Origin: Polyangiales bacterium
Lineage (GTDB): Bacteria > Myxococcota_A > Polyangia > Polyangiales > Ga0077539
DNA length: 64,000 bases
NCBI GenBank assembly: GCA_044229975.1
Contig: JBGARZ010000013.1
Span: 192,001 to 256,000, forward strand
Direction: 5' to 3'
The notes beneath the pieces were generated by a model that was given only the letters and a program-made list of their open reading frames with translations, was not told where the DNA came from and did no database searches. The translations under genes were made by a program, and so were the position numbers. Positions 20,291 through 28,957 of this stretch are shown piece after piece. How positions within the stretch are numbered: the first letter of the stretch is position 1; each line of letters starts with the position of its first letter.

Positions 20291-20493
20291 GATGGCGGCG
20301 GTGCCAGGCAAAAGGGGCCGCAAGGGCGCGAGGGTCGCAAGGGGGGGAGTGTTTCTGGAGGAGATGGGGACGAGCGCAATGTAGGTGAGGGTGTTGGCTC
20401 GAAAGATTGCTGGCCTACCCGTCCGCCCTCTTGAATCACCACCCCTTGCGACCCTCGCGCCCTTGCGGCCCTTCGCCTCTCCCCGCCGCCATC
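20291..20493. repeat. About 200-bp long inverted-repeat element (MITE/REP-like)
   Basis: Perfect 30-bp inverted repeat GGGCCGCAAGGGCGCGAGGGTCGCAAGGGG (20315-20344 vs 20442-20471) plus an outer 11-bp inverted repeat GATGGCGGCGG (20291-20301 vs 20483-20493). Confidence 0.75.
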
Positions 20494-20590
20494 GCCTGCC
20501 CCGTCCATCAGGTCCTGCGGGTGAGCTCGTGACCGACCATGGTGGGACCTTCTGATCGACGCGGACGGCCCGGGCGGACGTCGCTCACGA

Positions 20591-20682
20591 CGACTGGCAA
20601 GCGCAGACGTGCGCGGCACCGTCCCGCTCGACCCGACTGGCAGGCGCGGACGCGCCCGGCGCCGTCCCCTTCGACCCGACTG
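20591..20682. repeat. Degenerate 43-bp tandem repeat (just over two copies)
   Basis: CGACTG recurs at 20591, 20634 and 20677 with similar intervening sequence (GCGC.GACG.GC.CGGC.CCGTCCC..TCGACC). Confidence 0.65.
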
Positions 20683-20720
20683 AAAGGCCCGGGTGACTCC
20701 GACGGCAGGCGACGGATGCG

Positions 20721-21443
20721 TTACGCAGTGACGGGACGTGCAGGCGACGGGACGTCCGGCTCGGGAGGCGCCTCGGTGACCTGGGCGTCCGCCGGAACGG
20801 CGAGGTCGTAGAAGATCAGCGGGAGCTGGTTGAGCCGCCCCGTGAGGCGCAGCACGCACTCCACCCCGGTGCGCGCCGCGGTGTAGACCTGGAGCCACGC
20901 CATGCGCGCGGCCTCCACCTCCGGGGTGGCCTGGGAGCGATCGGTGCGCGCGTCGTGTGAGTGGTCGACCACGGGCGCGAGCTGGCGGGCCGCGCGCGAG
21001 AACTCGCTGCGCCAGGTGGCGGCATCGCTCACGGGGGTCCCCGCGGCGCCGAGCTTCGCGGAGATGTGGCCCAGCGCCAACAGCACGCGCGCGGCGCTGC
21101 GGCCGACGCCCCCGGCCGTTCCGTCGGCGGTGAAGAAGGTCTTGCGGTCGACGGAGCCGCGGGCGTGACCGTCGAGGTGACGGCTGAAGCGCCCGAGCAG
21201 CTCGATCGACTGCGCCAGCGCCGACACCTTGCCCTGCGATCCCTGGCGCAGCTTCGCGTCGGCGGCCCGCGCGCTGTCGACGGCGGCCTTCACGGCGGCG
21301 GTGGCGTCGGTGATCTCGACGGCCAGATGCTCCATGCCGTCATCGAACGCGGGCACCAGCCCCACGGCCAGCTTGCGGATCATCTTCGCGGCGTAGTCCC
21401 CATAGATCTTCGTCTCGTCGTGATCGATGTAGCGATCCGTCAT
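20721..21443 (-). CDS. Hypothetical helical protein
   Basis: 240-aa ORF with strong GC3 bias and an RBS-like GAAGGGG upstream; no recognised motif. Confidence 0.75.
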   Translation of the reverse strand: MTDRYIDHDETKIYGDYAAKMIRKLAVGLVPAFDDGMEHLAVEITDATAAVKAAVDSARAADAKLRQGSQGKVSALAQSIELLGRFSRHLDGHARGSVDRKTFFTADGTAGGVGRSAARVLLALGHISAKLGAAGTPVSDAATWRSEFSRAARQLAPVVDHSHDARTDRSQATPEVEAARMAWLQVYTAARTGVECVLRLTGRLNQLPLIFYDLAVPADAQVTEAPPEPDVPSPARPVTA

Positions 21444-21578
21444 CGTGCGTCCCCTTCGCATGGGCCTCGCGGGACACTCCGCGAGCCATGACAGACGTTA
21501 ACCGGGCCGTGAGGACGGCGACAAGACTCGTCGAACTCGACGGGGGAGAAGGGGCGTAGTAGCGGTCTCTTCGCGACG

Positions 21579-22120
21579 ATGGTCACTGCCTCGACAACGG
21601 TCCCCGCCGCGAACGACACGCCGGATGACGTGAGGGCGCTCTACGGGATCTGGCTGGAAAACTTCCTCTCCTTTAGAGGGCGGACGGACTTCGAGTTGCG
21701 TCCGCTCAACCTCCTCAGCGAGGACCTCGTCGACCCGCGCCACCGCGCCAACCCCTGGGAGCACCTCGCGAAGCGCGAAGGGATCTCTGGCCCCAACCCG
21801 ACGGCACCACGCCCGAGCAGGCGCAGTTGATGGTGGTCTATGTCGAGAGCTGGATCGCGTCCGATCCGCGGGCCCTCGCGAGCTACTACGGCAAGGACTT
21901 CCAGCCGAGCGCTCTCCCGCAGGCGAACGACTTCGAGACGCTTCCCAAGCCCGTCGTGCTCGACTCGCTCAAGAAGGCGACCCGCGCCACGAAGAAGGGC
22001 GAGTACGGCAAGTCCCACGCGTTCGATCTGGTCGGCCTCATCGACCCGCACGAGGTCGTGAAGCGCTGCCGGTACTTCGCGCCGCGCTTCCACCGACTCG
22101 TCGAGGAGCGCTGCGGGTAA
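21579..22120 (+). pseudogene. Deletion-fused relic of an AAA/ABC ATPase (N-terminus only) and a DUF4276-family protein (C-terminal part, frameshifted)
   Basis: IWLENFLSF...FELRPLNLL is the pre-Walker-A start of AAA_15/AAA_21 ATPases. At about 21716 it jumps to SED..PWEHLAKREG. After a frameshift near 21785 it continues WPQPDGTTPEQAQLMVVYVESWIASD..YYGKDF...KGEYGKSHAFDL..IDP, typical of DUF4276. Confidence 0.7.
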
Positions 22121-22125
22121 GGGGG

Positions 22126-22980
22126 TCAGAGCGGCGGGCACTCGCTCCCGAGCGCCGGGTCGGGGTTGCAGTAGATGAACCCCGCCCCCCGCGTGACGGT
22201 CACCAGCACGATGGTGTCGGCCCGCGTCGCGGCGTCGATGCCCGCCCACGCGCGCGCCACCGCCTGCCCGGCCGCCGCGTCCACCGCGAAGACGTGCAGG
22301 ATCTGCTTCACCCACCGCTGCGCCGGGAGCACCCGCACCGAGCTGCGGTTGATGCCCGCGAGCTTGCCGAGGAGCAGGTCGCGCGCGTTGGCCTCGGTGA
22401 GCACCATCGGCAGCGGCCGGTACGCGCGCGTGACGCTGACCCCCACGCGCTCTCCCCCGATGGACACCACGAGGTCGGTGATGGAGTTGGCGCCCGCGTC
22501 GTCGGGCGGCGCATACATCACCTCGGTCTCCGTCGCGACCAGCGCGGCGTCTTCACAGCGATGCAGCACCTCGTAGCTCATCACCTCGGACTCGGCCGAG
22601 CTGCCCCCGGCGTTGGGCGTGTCGTAGAGGCGCTGACCGCCCGGCGAGAGTGACGCTCGGTCGTAGCGCTCACCTGCCATGAAGGAGAGCCCATCCTCGA
22701 CCAGCGAGGGGGTCGGGCTGCGGAGCATGGCGCGGAGGGTTCCGCACGAGCCGGTGTGGGCGCCGAGGCCAGGGAGCGGGCCATCGCGGGTCGCGACGAC
22801 GTCGGTCGGAAGGCCGACATCGATGACCGATGGAGCGTCGAGACGATTGCCCACATCCGTCGGCGTCGGGATGTCGATGGGCGCCCCGGCGTCGGCGCAG
22901 GTGCACACAGCCGGCGAATCGCTGCACCCGAAGAGGCCGAGCGCGAGCAGCACGAAGGGAACGATGAAGCGGCGCATCAC
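22126..22980 (-). CDS. Lipoprotein with AAC4-like, restriction-endonuclease-fold-like C-terminal domain
   Basis: Lipobox LFGC; motifs PNAGGSS..SE..SYEVL, TETEV.Y, ITD, GVSVTRA, KL.GI..SS, W.KQILH. Confidence 0.7.
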   Translation of the reverse strand: MMRRFIVPFVLLALGLFGCSDSPAVCTCADAGAPIDIPTPTDVGNRLDAPSVIDVGLPTDVVATRDGPLPGLGAHTGSCGTLRAMLRSPTPSLVEDGLSFMAGERYDRASLSPGGQRLYDTPNAGGSSAESEVMSYEVLHRCEDAALVATETEVMYAPPDDAGANSITDLVVSIGGERVGVSVTRAYRPLPMVLTEANARDLLLGKLAGINRSSVRVLPAQRWVKQILHVFAVDAAAGQAVARAWAGIDAATRADTIVLVTVTRGAGFIYCNPDPALGSECPPL

Positions 22981-23098
22981 GCGCGGACCCTACCAAAACC
23001 GCGGCGCGTCATGGCAACCGCTATGGCCACCGCGGCGGAGCTGTGGCAGGAGTCGGCGGCGCCCGGCGGTGATCGTGCGCTGCGAGGAGTGCGCCCCG

Positions 23099-24274
23099 AT
23101 GACAGACAAGACCCCCGCCACCCTGGTCAAGGCGAAGCCCATCTGGCTCCAGGCGTCGCTCATCGGCTTCGCGAGCATCCACGTCCTCGCCCTCGCCCTC
23201 CCCTTCGTGGTGGGCGTCAGCGTGAAGAGCCTCGTCCTCGCGTTTGCCCTGTACTGGCTGCGCATGTGGGGCATCACGGCGGGCTACCACCGCTACTTCG
23301 CGCACCGGGCCTACAAGACCTCGCGGTGGTTTCAGTTCGTGCTGGCGTGGGTGGGCGCGAGCTCGCTCCAGAAGGGTCCGCTCTGGTGGGCCGGGCTGCA
23401 CCGCACGCACCATCGCTGGAGCGACCAGCCGCGGGACATCCACTCGCCCAGGCAGCGCGGGTTCTGGTACTCGCACGTCGGCTGGATCACCGCGCCCGAC
23501 CACGACGGCACCGACCTCGCGCTCATCCCCGACTTCGCGAAGTACCCCGAGCTGCGCTGGGTCGACCGCTTTCACTGGGTTCCGTTTGCGTCGCTGGTGG
23601 CGCTGTGTGTGGCGGTCGATGGCGCGCGCGGGCTCGTGTGGGGTGGCTTCGTCAGCACCGTCTTCGGCTGGCACTGCACCTTCTTCATCAACTCCCTCGC
23701 CCACGTCTGGGGGTCGCGCCGCTACGAGACCACCGACACCTCGCGCAACAACCCCCTCCTCGCGCTCATCACGCTCGGTGAGGGCTGGCACAACAACCAC
23801 CACCACTACATGAACAGCGCCAACCAGGGCTTCTTCTGGTGGGAGGTGGACGTCAGCTACTACACGCTCCGCGCGCTCGCCCTCGTCGGCGTCGTGCGCG
23901 ACCTGCGCCGCCCGCCCGCCCACGTCCTGCGCGAGAAGCTCGTCGGCGCGGCCGAGGGCGCCGTCCAGAAGCTCGCCGACGCGAAGGCCAGCGCCGAGCT
24001 CAAGCTCATCGAGGCGCGCACCGCCGTCGGCCACGCCGTCGAGAGCGCCGAGCTCAAGCTGTCTGAAGCGCGCACCTCGCTGGAGCACGCCGCGAGCGAA
24101 GCCCGCACCGCCGTCGGCACCGCCGTCGAGCAGGTGACCCAGGCCGCCGAGACGCGGCTCACCGAGGCCCGCACCGCCGTGGAGCACGCCGCCAGCGAAG
24201 CCCGCGACGCCGTCGAGAGCGCCGTCGAGAGCGCCTCGCAGGCGGTCGACGCGACGGCCCCCATCAAGAACTGA
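23099..24274 (+). CDS. Acyl-CoA (delta-9-type) fatty acid desaturase with C-terminal amphipathic repeat tail
   Basis: His boxes GYHRYFAH, HRTHH and GEGWHNNHH; DIHSP; INSLAHVWG; WWEVDVSYY. Confidence 0.93.
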   Translation: MTDKTPATLVKAKPIWLQASLIGFASIHVLALALPFVVGVSVKSLVLAFALYWLRMWGITAGYHRYFAHRAYKTSRWFQFVLAWVGASSLQKGPLWWAGLHRTHHRWSDQPRDIHSPRQRGFWYSHVGWITAPDHDGTDLALIPDFAKYPELRWVDRFHWVPFASLVALCVAVDGARGLVWGGFVSTVFGWHCTFFINSLAHVWGSRRYETTDTSRNNPLLALITLGEGWHNNHHHYMNSANQGFFWWEVDVSYYTLRALALVGVVRDLRRPPAHVLREKLVGAAEGAVQKLADAKASAELKLIEARTAVGHAVESAELKLSEARTSLEHAASEARTAVGTAVEQVTQAAETRLTEARTAVEHAASEARDAVESAVESASQAVDATAPIKN

Positions 24275-24287
24275 AAGAGGCAGAGCC

Positions 24288-24695
24288 ATGGCCGTGTCGA
24301 TGAGCGGAACGATGCTGGGCGCCACGCACGGCGTGGTGGTTCATGGGCCGTCGGGGACGGAGCTGCGGGTGATGGCCCCGCAGGACAACGGCGGCGACGG
24401 CAGCAGCTTCTCGCCGACGGACCTGTGCGCGGTCTCGCTGGGCGCCTGCGCCGCGATGACCATGAGCCTCTACGCGGGGCGCAACGACATCGACGCGCGC
24501 ATCACCTTCGACGTCACCAAGGAGATGAACCCCTCGCCGCGGCGCATCGGCAAGCTCACGGTGCGCATCACCGTGGCGGGCCCGGTGACCGATGAGCAGT
24601 TCGAGAAGCTCAAGGCGGCCGCGCACACCTGCCCGGTGCGCCGCTCGCTGCACCCCGACGTGGTCATCGACGAGACCTTCGAGCGGGTGGGCTGA
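24288..24695 (+). CDS. OsmC family protein
   Basis: APQDNGGDGSSFSPTDL...LGAC and AHTCPVRRSLHPD. Confidence 0.9.
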   Translation: MAVSMSGTMLGATHGVVVHGPSGTELRVMAPQDNGGDGSSFSPTDLCAVSLGACAAMTMSLYAGRNDIDARITFDVTKEMNPSPRRIGKLTVRITVAGPVTDEQFEKLKAAAHTCPVRRSLHPDVVIDETFERVG

Positions 24696-24696
24696 G

Positions 24697-26097
24697 CTAC
24701 TCCGGCTCGTTGTCGGTGCTGCGCAGCCCGTAGCGCTTGCACAGCTCGCGCAGGTGGTAGCGCGTGAGCCCCGCCGCCGCCGCGCTGCGGGTGATGTTGT
24801 CGCCGTGGCGCTTGAGCATCGCGGCCAGGTACTGCGGCTCGAAGCCCTCCAGCAGCCGCGTCTTGGCGTCCTTGAAGGGCATCGCCAGCAGCTCGTCGGA
24901 CAGCGCGCCAGCGCCCGGGTCCGACGCCCGCGCGGGTACTGCGAGCAGCCGCGACGCGCTCGCCGGGAGCATGTCGTCGGCGGTGATCTCCGCGCCGTCG
25001 GCCAGCGAGGCCGCGCGCTCGATGACGTTGCGGAGCTCGCGCACGTTGCCCGGGAAGGGTAAGCCCGAGAGGCGATCGAGGGCGTTGTCCGAGAAGCTCC
25101 GCGCGCCCAGGTCGGGGTTGCGCTGGCAGAACCCCTCCAACAGATGACGCGCGAGCAACGGGATGTCCTCGCGCCGCGACCGCAGCGGCGGCAGCTCGAT
25201 GGTTAGCACACCGAGGCGATAGAAGAGGTCTTCGCGAAACGTCCCCGCGGCGGCCATCGCGCGCAGGTCGCGGTGCGTCGCGGCGATGACCCGCACGTCC
25301 ACCGGGATCACCTGCGTCCCACCAAGACGGCGCACCTCGCGGCCTTCGAGCACCCGCAAGAGCTTCGGTTGCAGCCCCTGCTCCAGCTCACCCACCTCGT
25401 CGAGAAACACCGTGCCCTTGTGGGCCTGCTCGAAGCACCCCGGGCGGCGCTCGTTGGCGCCCGTAAACGCCCCGCGCTCGTGGCCGAAGAGGATGCTCTC
25501 GGTGAGGTCCTTCGGGAGCGACGAGCAGTCCTGCACCACCATCGGGCCCGACGCGCGCTTGGACACCCGATGGATGGCGCGCGCGACGAGCTCCTTGCCC
25601 GTCCCCGTCTCGCCCGTCACCAGCACCGTGACGTCGAGCGGCGCGATCTTGTCGAGCTCGGCGAACACCTGCCGCATCGCCACCGAGCGCCCCACCAGCT
25701 CCTGCCAGCGGTCGCCCTCCAGCAGCGGAATCTCGATGGCCCCGTCGCCGGGGTCGATCTGCAACAGCGTCGCGCCCACGCGGAAGCGCGCGCCGAGCGG
25801 CAGCACCACCTCGCGCACCTTGATGTCGCCGAGGAAGGTTCCGTTGGTGCTGCCGCCATCGCGCAGCACCCAGCCCTCCTCGACGGCCTCGATCTCGGCG
25901 TGCGTGCCCGACACCGATCGGTCGTTGAGGCACACCTCGCACACGGCGCTGCGACCCACCACGCAGCGCGCCTTGTCCATCGCCCAGCTCTTGCCGCGGT
26001 CGGGCCCGTCGATGGCCGTCAGCCGCGCCTTGCGCAGCCGCCGCGCCGTCGCCCGACCCGCGATGAACAACGTCTCCAGCGGCGCAGCGTCGCTCAC
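24697..26097 (-). CDS. FHA-domain sigma-54-dependent transcriptional activator
   Basis: FHA motifs (VGRS, SVSGTHA, STNGT), [39 protein letters not shown], Fis-type HTH. GTG start inferred. Confidence 0.93.
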   Translation of the reverse strand: MSDAAPLETLFIAGRATARRLRKARLTAIDGPDRGKSWAMDKARCVVGRSAVCEVCLNDRSVSGTHAEIEAVEEGWVLRDGGSTNGTFLGDIKVREVVLPLGARFRVGATLLQIDPGDGAIEIPLLEGDRWQELVGRSVAMRQVFAELDKIAPLDVTVLVTGETGTGKELVARAIHRVSKRASGPMVVQDCSSLPKDLTESILFGHERGAFTGANERRPGCFEQAHKGTVFLDEVGELEQGLQPKLLRVLEGREVRRLGGTQVIPVDVRVIAATHRDLRAMAAAGTFREDLFYRLGVLTIELPPLRSRREDIPLLARHLLEGFCQRNPDLGARSFSDNALDRLSGLPFPGNVRELRNVIERAASLADGAEITADDMLPASASRLLAVPARASDPGAGALSDELLAMPFKDAKTRLLEGFEPQYLAAMLKRHGDNITRSAAAAGLTRYHLRELCKRYGLRSTDNEPE

Positions 26098-26101
26098 GGC
26101 C

Positions 26102-26764
26102 TTACGCCTCCACCCGCAGCGCCTTGATGGCCGCCGCATAGTCCTTGTGGCCGAACACCGCCGAGCCCGCGACGAAGACATCGGCCCCCGCCGCGCGCAC
26201 CGCCGGCGCCGTCTCGGCCGTGATGCCGCCGTCCACCTGGAGGTCGATGTCACGCCCGGTCGCGTCGATCATCGCGCGCAGCGCCCTCACCTTCGGCAGC
26301 ACCGCGGGAATGAACGACTGCCCGCCAAACCCCGGGTTGACGCTCATCACGAGGATGAGGTCACAGCAGTGCATGACGTACTTGAGCGTGTCCTCGGACG
26401 TGGACGGGTTGAGCACGGCGCCCGCGCGACAGCCGAGCGCGCGAATCGCCTGGAGGGTGCGTTCGAGGTGGGGCGACGCCTCGACGTGCACGGCGATGCC
26501 GTCGGCGCCCGCCTTCGCGAAGTCGGCGATGTAGCGCTCGGGCTCGACGATCATCAGGTGGCAGTCGACGAAGCGCTTCGTCACCTTGCGCACGGCGCCC
26601 GCCACCAGCGGGCCGATGGTGAGGTTGGGCACGAAGCGCCCGTCCATCACGTCGACGTGTATCCAGTCCGCGCCCGCGGCGTCGATGGCGCGGACCTCGT
26701 CGCCGAGGCGCGAGAAGTCCGCCGAAAGAATGGACGGCGCGATGCGGAGATCTTTGCGGCTCAC
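26102..26764 (-). CDS. rpe: Ribulose-phosphate 3-epimerase
   Basis: IAPSILSADF, HVDVMDGRFVPN, DCHLMI, MSVNPGFGGQSF, QVDGGI, VAGSAVF. Confidence 0.97.
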   Translation of the reverse strand: MSRKDLRIAPSILSADFSRLGDEVRAIDAAGADWIHVDVMDGRFVPNLTIGPLVAGAVRKVTKRFVDCHLMIVEPERYIADFAKAGADGIAVHVEASPHLERTLQAIRALGCRAGAVLNPSTSEDTLKYVMHCCDLILVMSVNPGFGGQSFIPAVLPKVRALRAMIDATGRDIDLQVDGGITAETAPAVRAAGADVFVAGSAVFGHKDYAAAIKALRVEA

Positions 26765-26889
26765 GCGGGCAGCGACACCACAGCGCCGCGGAGGTGTCAA
26801 CGACGGCAATGAATGGTACTGCACCCGACGTTCGCTGCGCACGTCGCTGAACCAAGAACTTTTACCCTGCAACGCACGACCTGATCACG

Positions 26890-28008
26890 ATGCGCGTCCT
26901 GCATGTCATCAACTCCATGCGCCGTTCGGGCGCCGAGCGTCACCTCGCCAACATCCTCGAACCGCTGGCCGCTCTCGGGGTCGAAAACCACCTGGTCACG
27001 CTGGTCTCCGGCAACGCCTTCGAGCCGCAGGTGACGCCCTGGACGAGCCGCAGCGAGTTCGCCGTCGAAGACCGGCTCGGGCCCCTCACCATCCCGCACC
27101 TCGCCTCTCTCGCCCGTGAGGTCGACCTCGTGCACACGCAGCTCACCCGCTCGGATGTCTTCGGTCGCGCCGCGGCGGCCCTCGCCGGTCGCCCCTCGGT
27201 CACGACGCTCCAGGTCGCCCGCTACACCCCGCTCGAAGCTGACGCCCTGCCCCTCCCGCGGCGCCTGCGCACCTCCCTGGAGAAGGTCATCGAGCGCGCC
27301 ACCATGCGCCCGTCGTGTCGCTTCATTGCGGTCTCCAACGCCGCGCGCGACGCCTACGTGCGCCACGTCCACTTCGACCCGAACCTCATCGAGGTCATCC
27401 CCAACTCGGTCGATCTCCGCGCCTTCGACCCGAGCGTGCGCGACGACCGCGACGCGCTCCGCGCGAAGTTCGGCTTCGACCCGAACACCTTCTGCGTCGT
27501 GATGGTCGCGCGCTTCGAGTCACAGAAGGCCCACGAGGTCGCCATCCGCGCCGTCACCGCGGCGGCCCGCGAGGCGCCGGTGCACCTCTACTTCGCCGGC
27601 CACGGGTCGACCGAAGCCTCGATGCGCGCGCTCGCCGCGTCGATCTCGGCCCCGGTCACCTTCCTCGGTCTCTGCGAGGACGTGGTCTCCCTCCTCGGCG
27701 CCGCCGACCTCTTCCTCCTGCCATCGCGCTTCGAGGGCATGCCGCTCGCGCTCATCGAGGCCCTCGCCGCGGGCACCCCGAGCCTCTGCTCGGACATCCC
27801 CGAAAACCTCGAGACCGCCGGCCCCGCGGCCGAGTACTTCCCCGTCGACGACGAAGCGGCCCTCACCCGCAGCTTCCTCCAGCTCCGCGCCAACGACGAC
27901 CACCGGCGCGACCTCGGCGAGCGCGGCCGCGTCCGGGTCGCCGACTACGACGCGCGCCGGGTGGCGGCCCGCGTCGCGCGGGTGTTTACAGAAGCCCTCC
28001 GCTCCTGA
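26890..28008 (+). CDS. Glycosyltransferase family 4 (GT-B)
   Basis: MRVLHVI..SGAER, VIPNSVD, ADLFLLPSRFEGMPLALIEALAAG (EX7E motif). Confidence 0.92.
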   Translation: MRVLHVINSMRRSGAERHLANILEPLAALGVENHLVTLVSGNAFEPQVTPWTSRSEFAVEDRLGPLTIPHLASLAREVDLVHTQLTRSDVFGRAAAALAGRPSVTTLQVARYTPLEADALPLPRRLRTSLEKVIERATMRPSCRFIAVSNAARDAYVRHVHFDPNLIEVIPNSVDLRAFDPSVRDDRDALRAKFGFDPNTFCVVMVARFESQKAHEVAIRAVTAAAREAPVHLYFAGHGSTEASMRALAASISAPVTFLGLCEDVVSLLGAADLFLLPSRFEGMPLALIEALAAGTPSLCSDIPENLETAGPAAEYFPVDDEAALTRSFLQLRANDDHRRDLGERGRVRVADYDARRVAARVARVFTEALRS

Positions 28009-28957
28009 GCCGACGCATCAGCTCGCCCCCGTTGGCCTGCACGTAGGCGAGCACCTCGGGACCCACGAGCCCGGCGCCCACGACGACCCAGAGCCGCTTC
28101 ATGCGCCACGTCGAGCGCGGGGCGCTGCGAACGAGCCTCAGCGCCGCGGCGCGCTGCCCGGCCAGGAGCCGATGCATCACCGCCGTCTGGATGAAGCGGT
28201 TGTGGAGCGCAGGCGAGACGCGCGCCATCACCTCGCCGTGGCGTTGCAGCGTGCGCTCGAAGTCATCGGCGCTGTCGCGGGCGTCGCGCAGGAGCCTCCG
28301 CGCCGTGGCGGCGGGCGGCGACGCGGTGATGCGGTTGTTGGCGTCGGTGTGGATGAGCACGAAGCGCTGCCGGGTCAGCGAGAAGCGGTGGGTGCGCGCC
28401 ATCTCGAGGTGAAAGCCGCCCTCGTAGGCGCGGCCCTCGGGGTACCGCAGCGTCTCGAACACCGACCGCCGGATGCAGTTGAACGACTCCGGGATGCGCA
28501 GCGCGCCCCAGTACCGGACGTAGCCCTCGTAGTCGTAGACCGCGTCCTCCGACGGGGGGGGAATGGGCGTGTCCGGGCCGTTGTCCCAGGTGCACATGGA
28601 GGCGACGTTGCCGACGTCGGGCGCTGCCTCCGCGCAGAGCTTCGCGAGTCCCGACAGCGCGCCGTCGAGCAGCTCGAAGTCGCTGTCGAGCATGATGCAC
28701 CACGCGCCGCGCGCCGCGTCGATGGCGGTGTTGCGGGCCGCGCACACCCCGCGGTTGACCGGGTGCCGCAGCAGCGTGACGCGCGGGTCGTTGTAGGAGG
28801 CGACCCGCTCGCTGGTGTGGTCGCTGGAGGCGTCGTCGACGATGATGACTTCGAAGCTGGGGTAGTCCTGCCGGAGACAGCTCTCCAGCGCCCGACCGAT
28901 CATCCCGGCGCGGTTGTAGACCGGGATGATGATCGAGAAGGTCGGCGCCTCACCCAA
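27986..28957 (-). CDS. Glycosyltransferase family 2 (GT-A)
   Basis: SIIIPVYN, EVIIVDDASSD, NRGVCAARN, LDSD. Confidence 0.92.
   Translation of the reverse strand: MGEAPTFSIIIPVYNRAGMIGRALESCLRQDYPSFEVIIVDDASSDHTSERVASYNDPRVTLLRHPVNRGVCAARNTAIDAARGAWCIMLDSDFELLDGALSGLAKLCAEAAPDVGNVASMCTWDNGPDTPIPPPSEDAVYDYEGYVRYWGALRIPESFNCIRRSVFETLRYPEGRAYEGGFHLEMARTHRFSLTRQRFVLIHTDANNRITASPPAATARRLLRDARDSADDFERTLQRHGEVMARVSPALHNRFIQTAVMHRLLAGQRAAALRLVRSAPRSTWRMKRLWVVVGAGLVGPEVLAYVQANGGELMRRLRSGGLL

Noticed and set aside
20591..20682. Possible CRISPR array
   Set aside because: Only about two degenerate contiguous units, no unique spacers and no cas genes.
20205..20720. SRP RNA (ffs) next to ffh
   Set aside because: No recognisable SRP domain IV motif found by eye.
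23008..23030. Sigma54 promoter-like TGGC...TTGC on the minus strand (a similar case lies near 45705-45725)
   Set aside because: GG-to-GC spacing is one base too long for a -24/-12 promoter.
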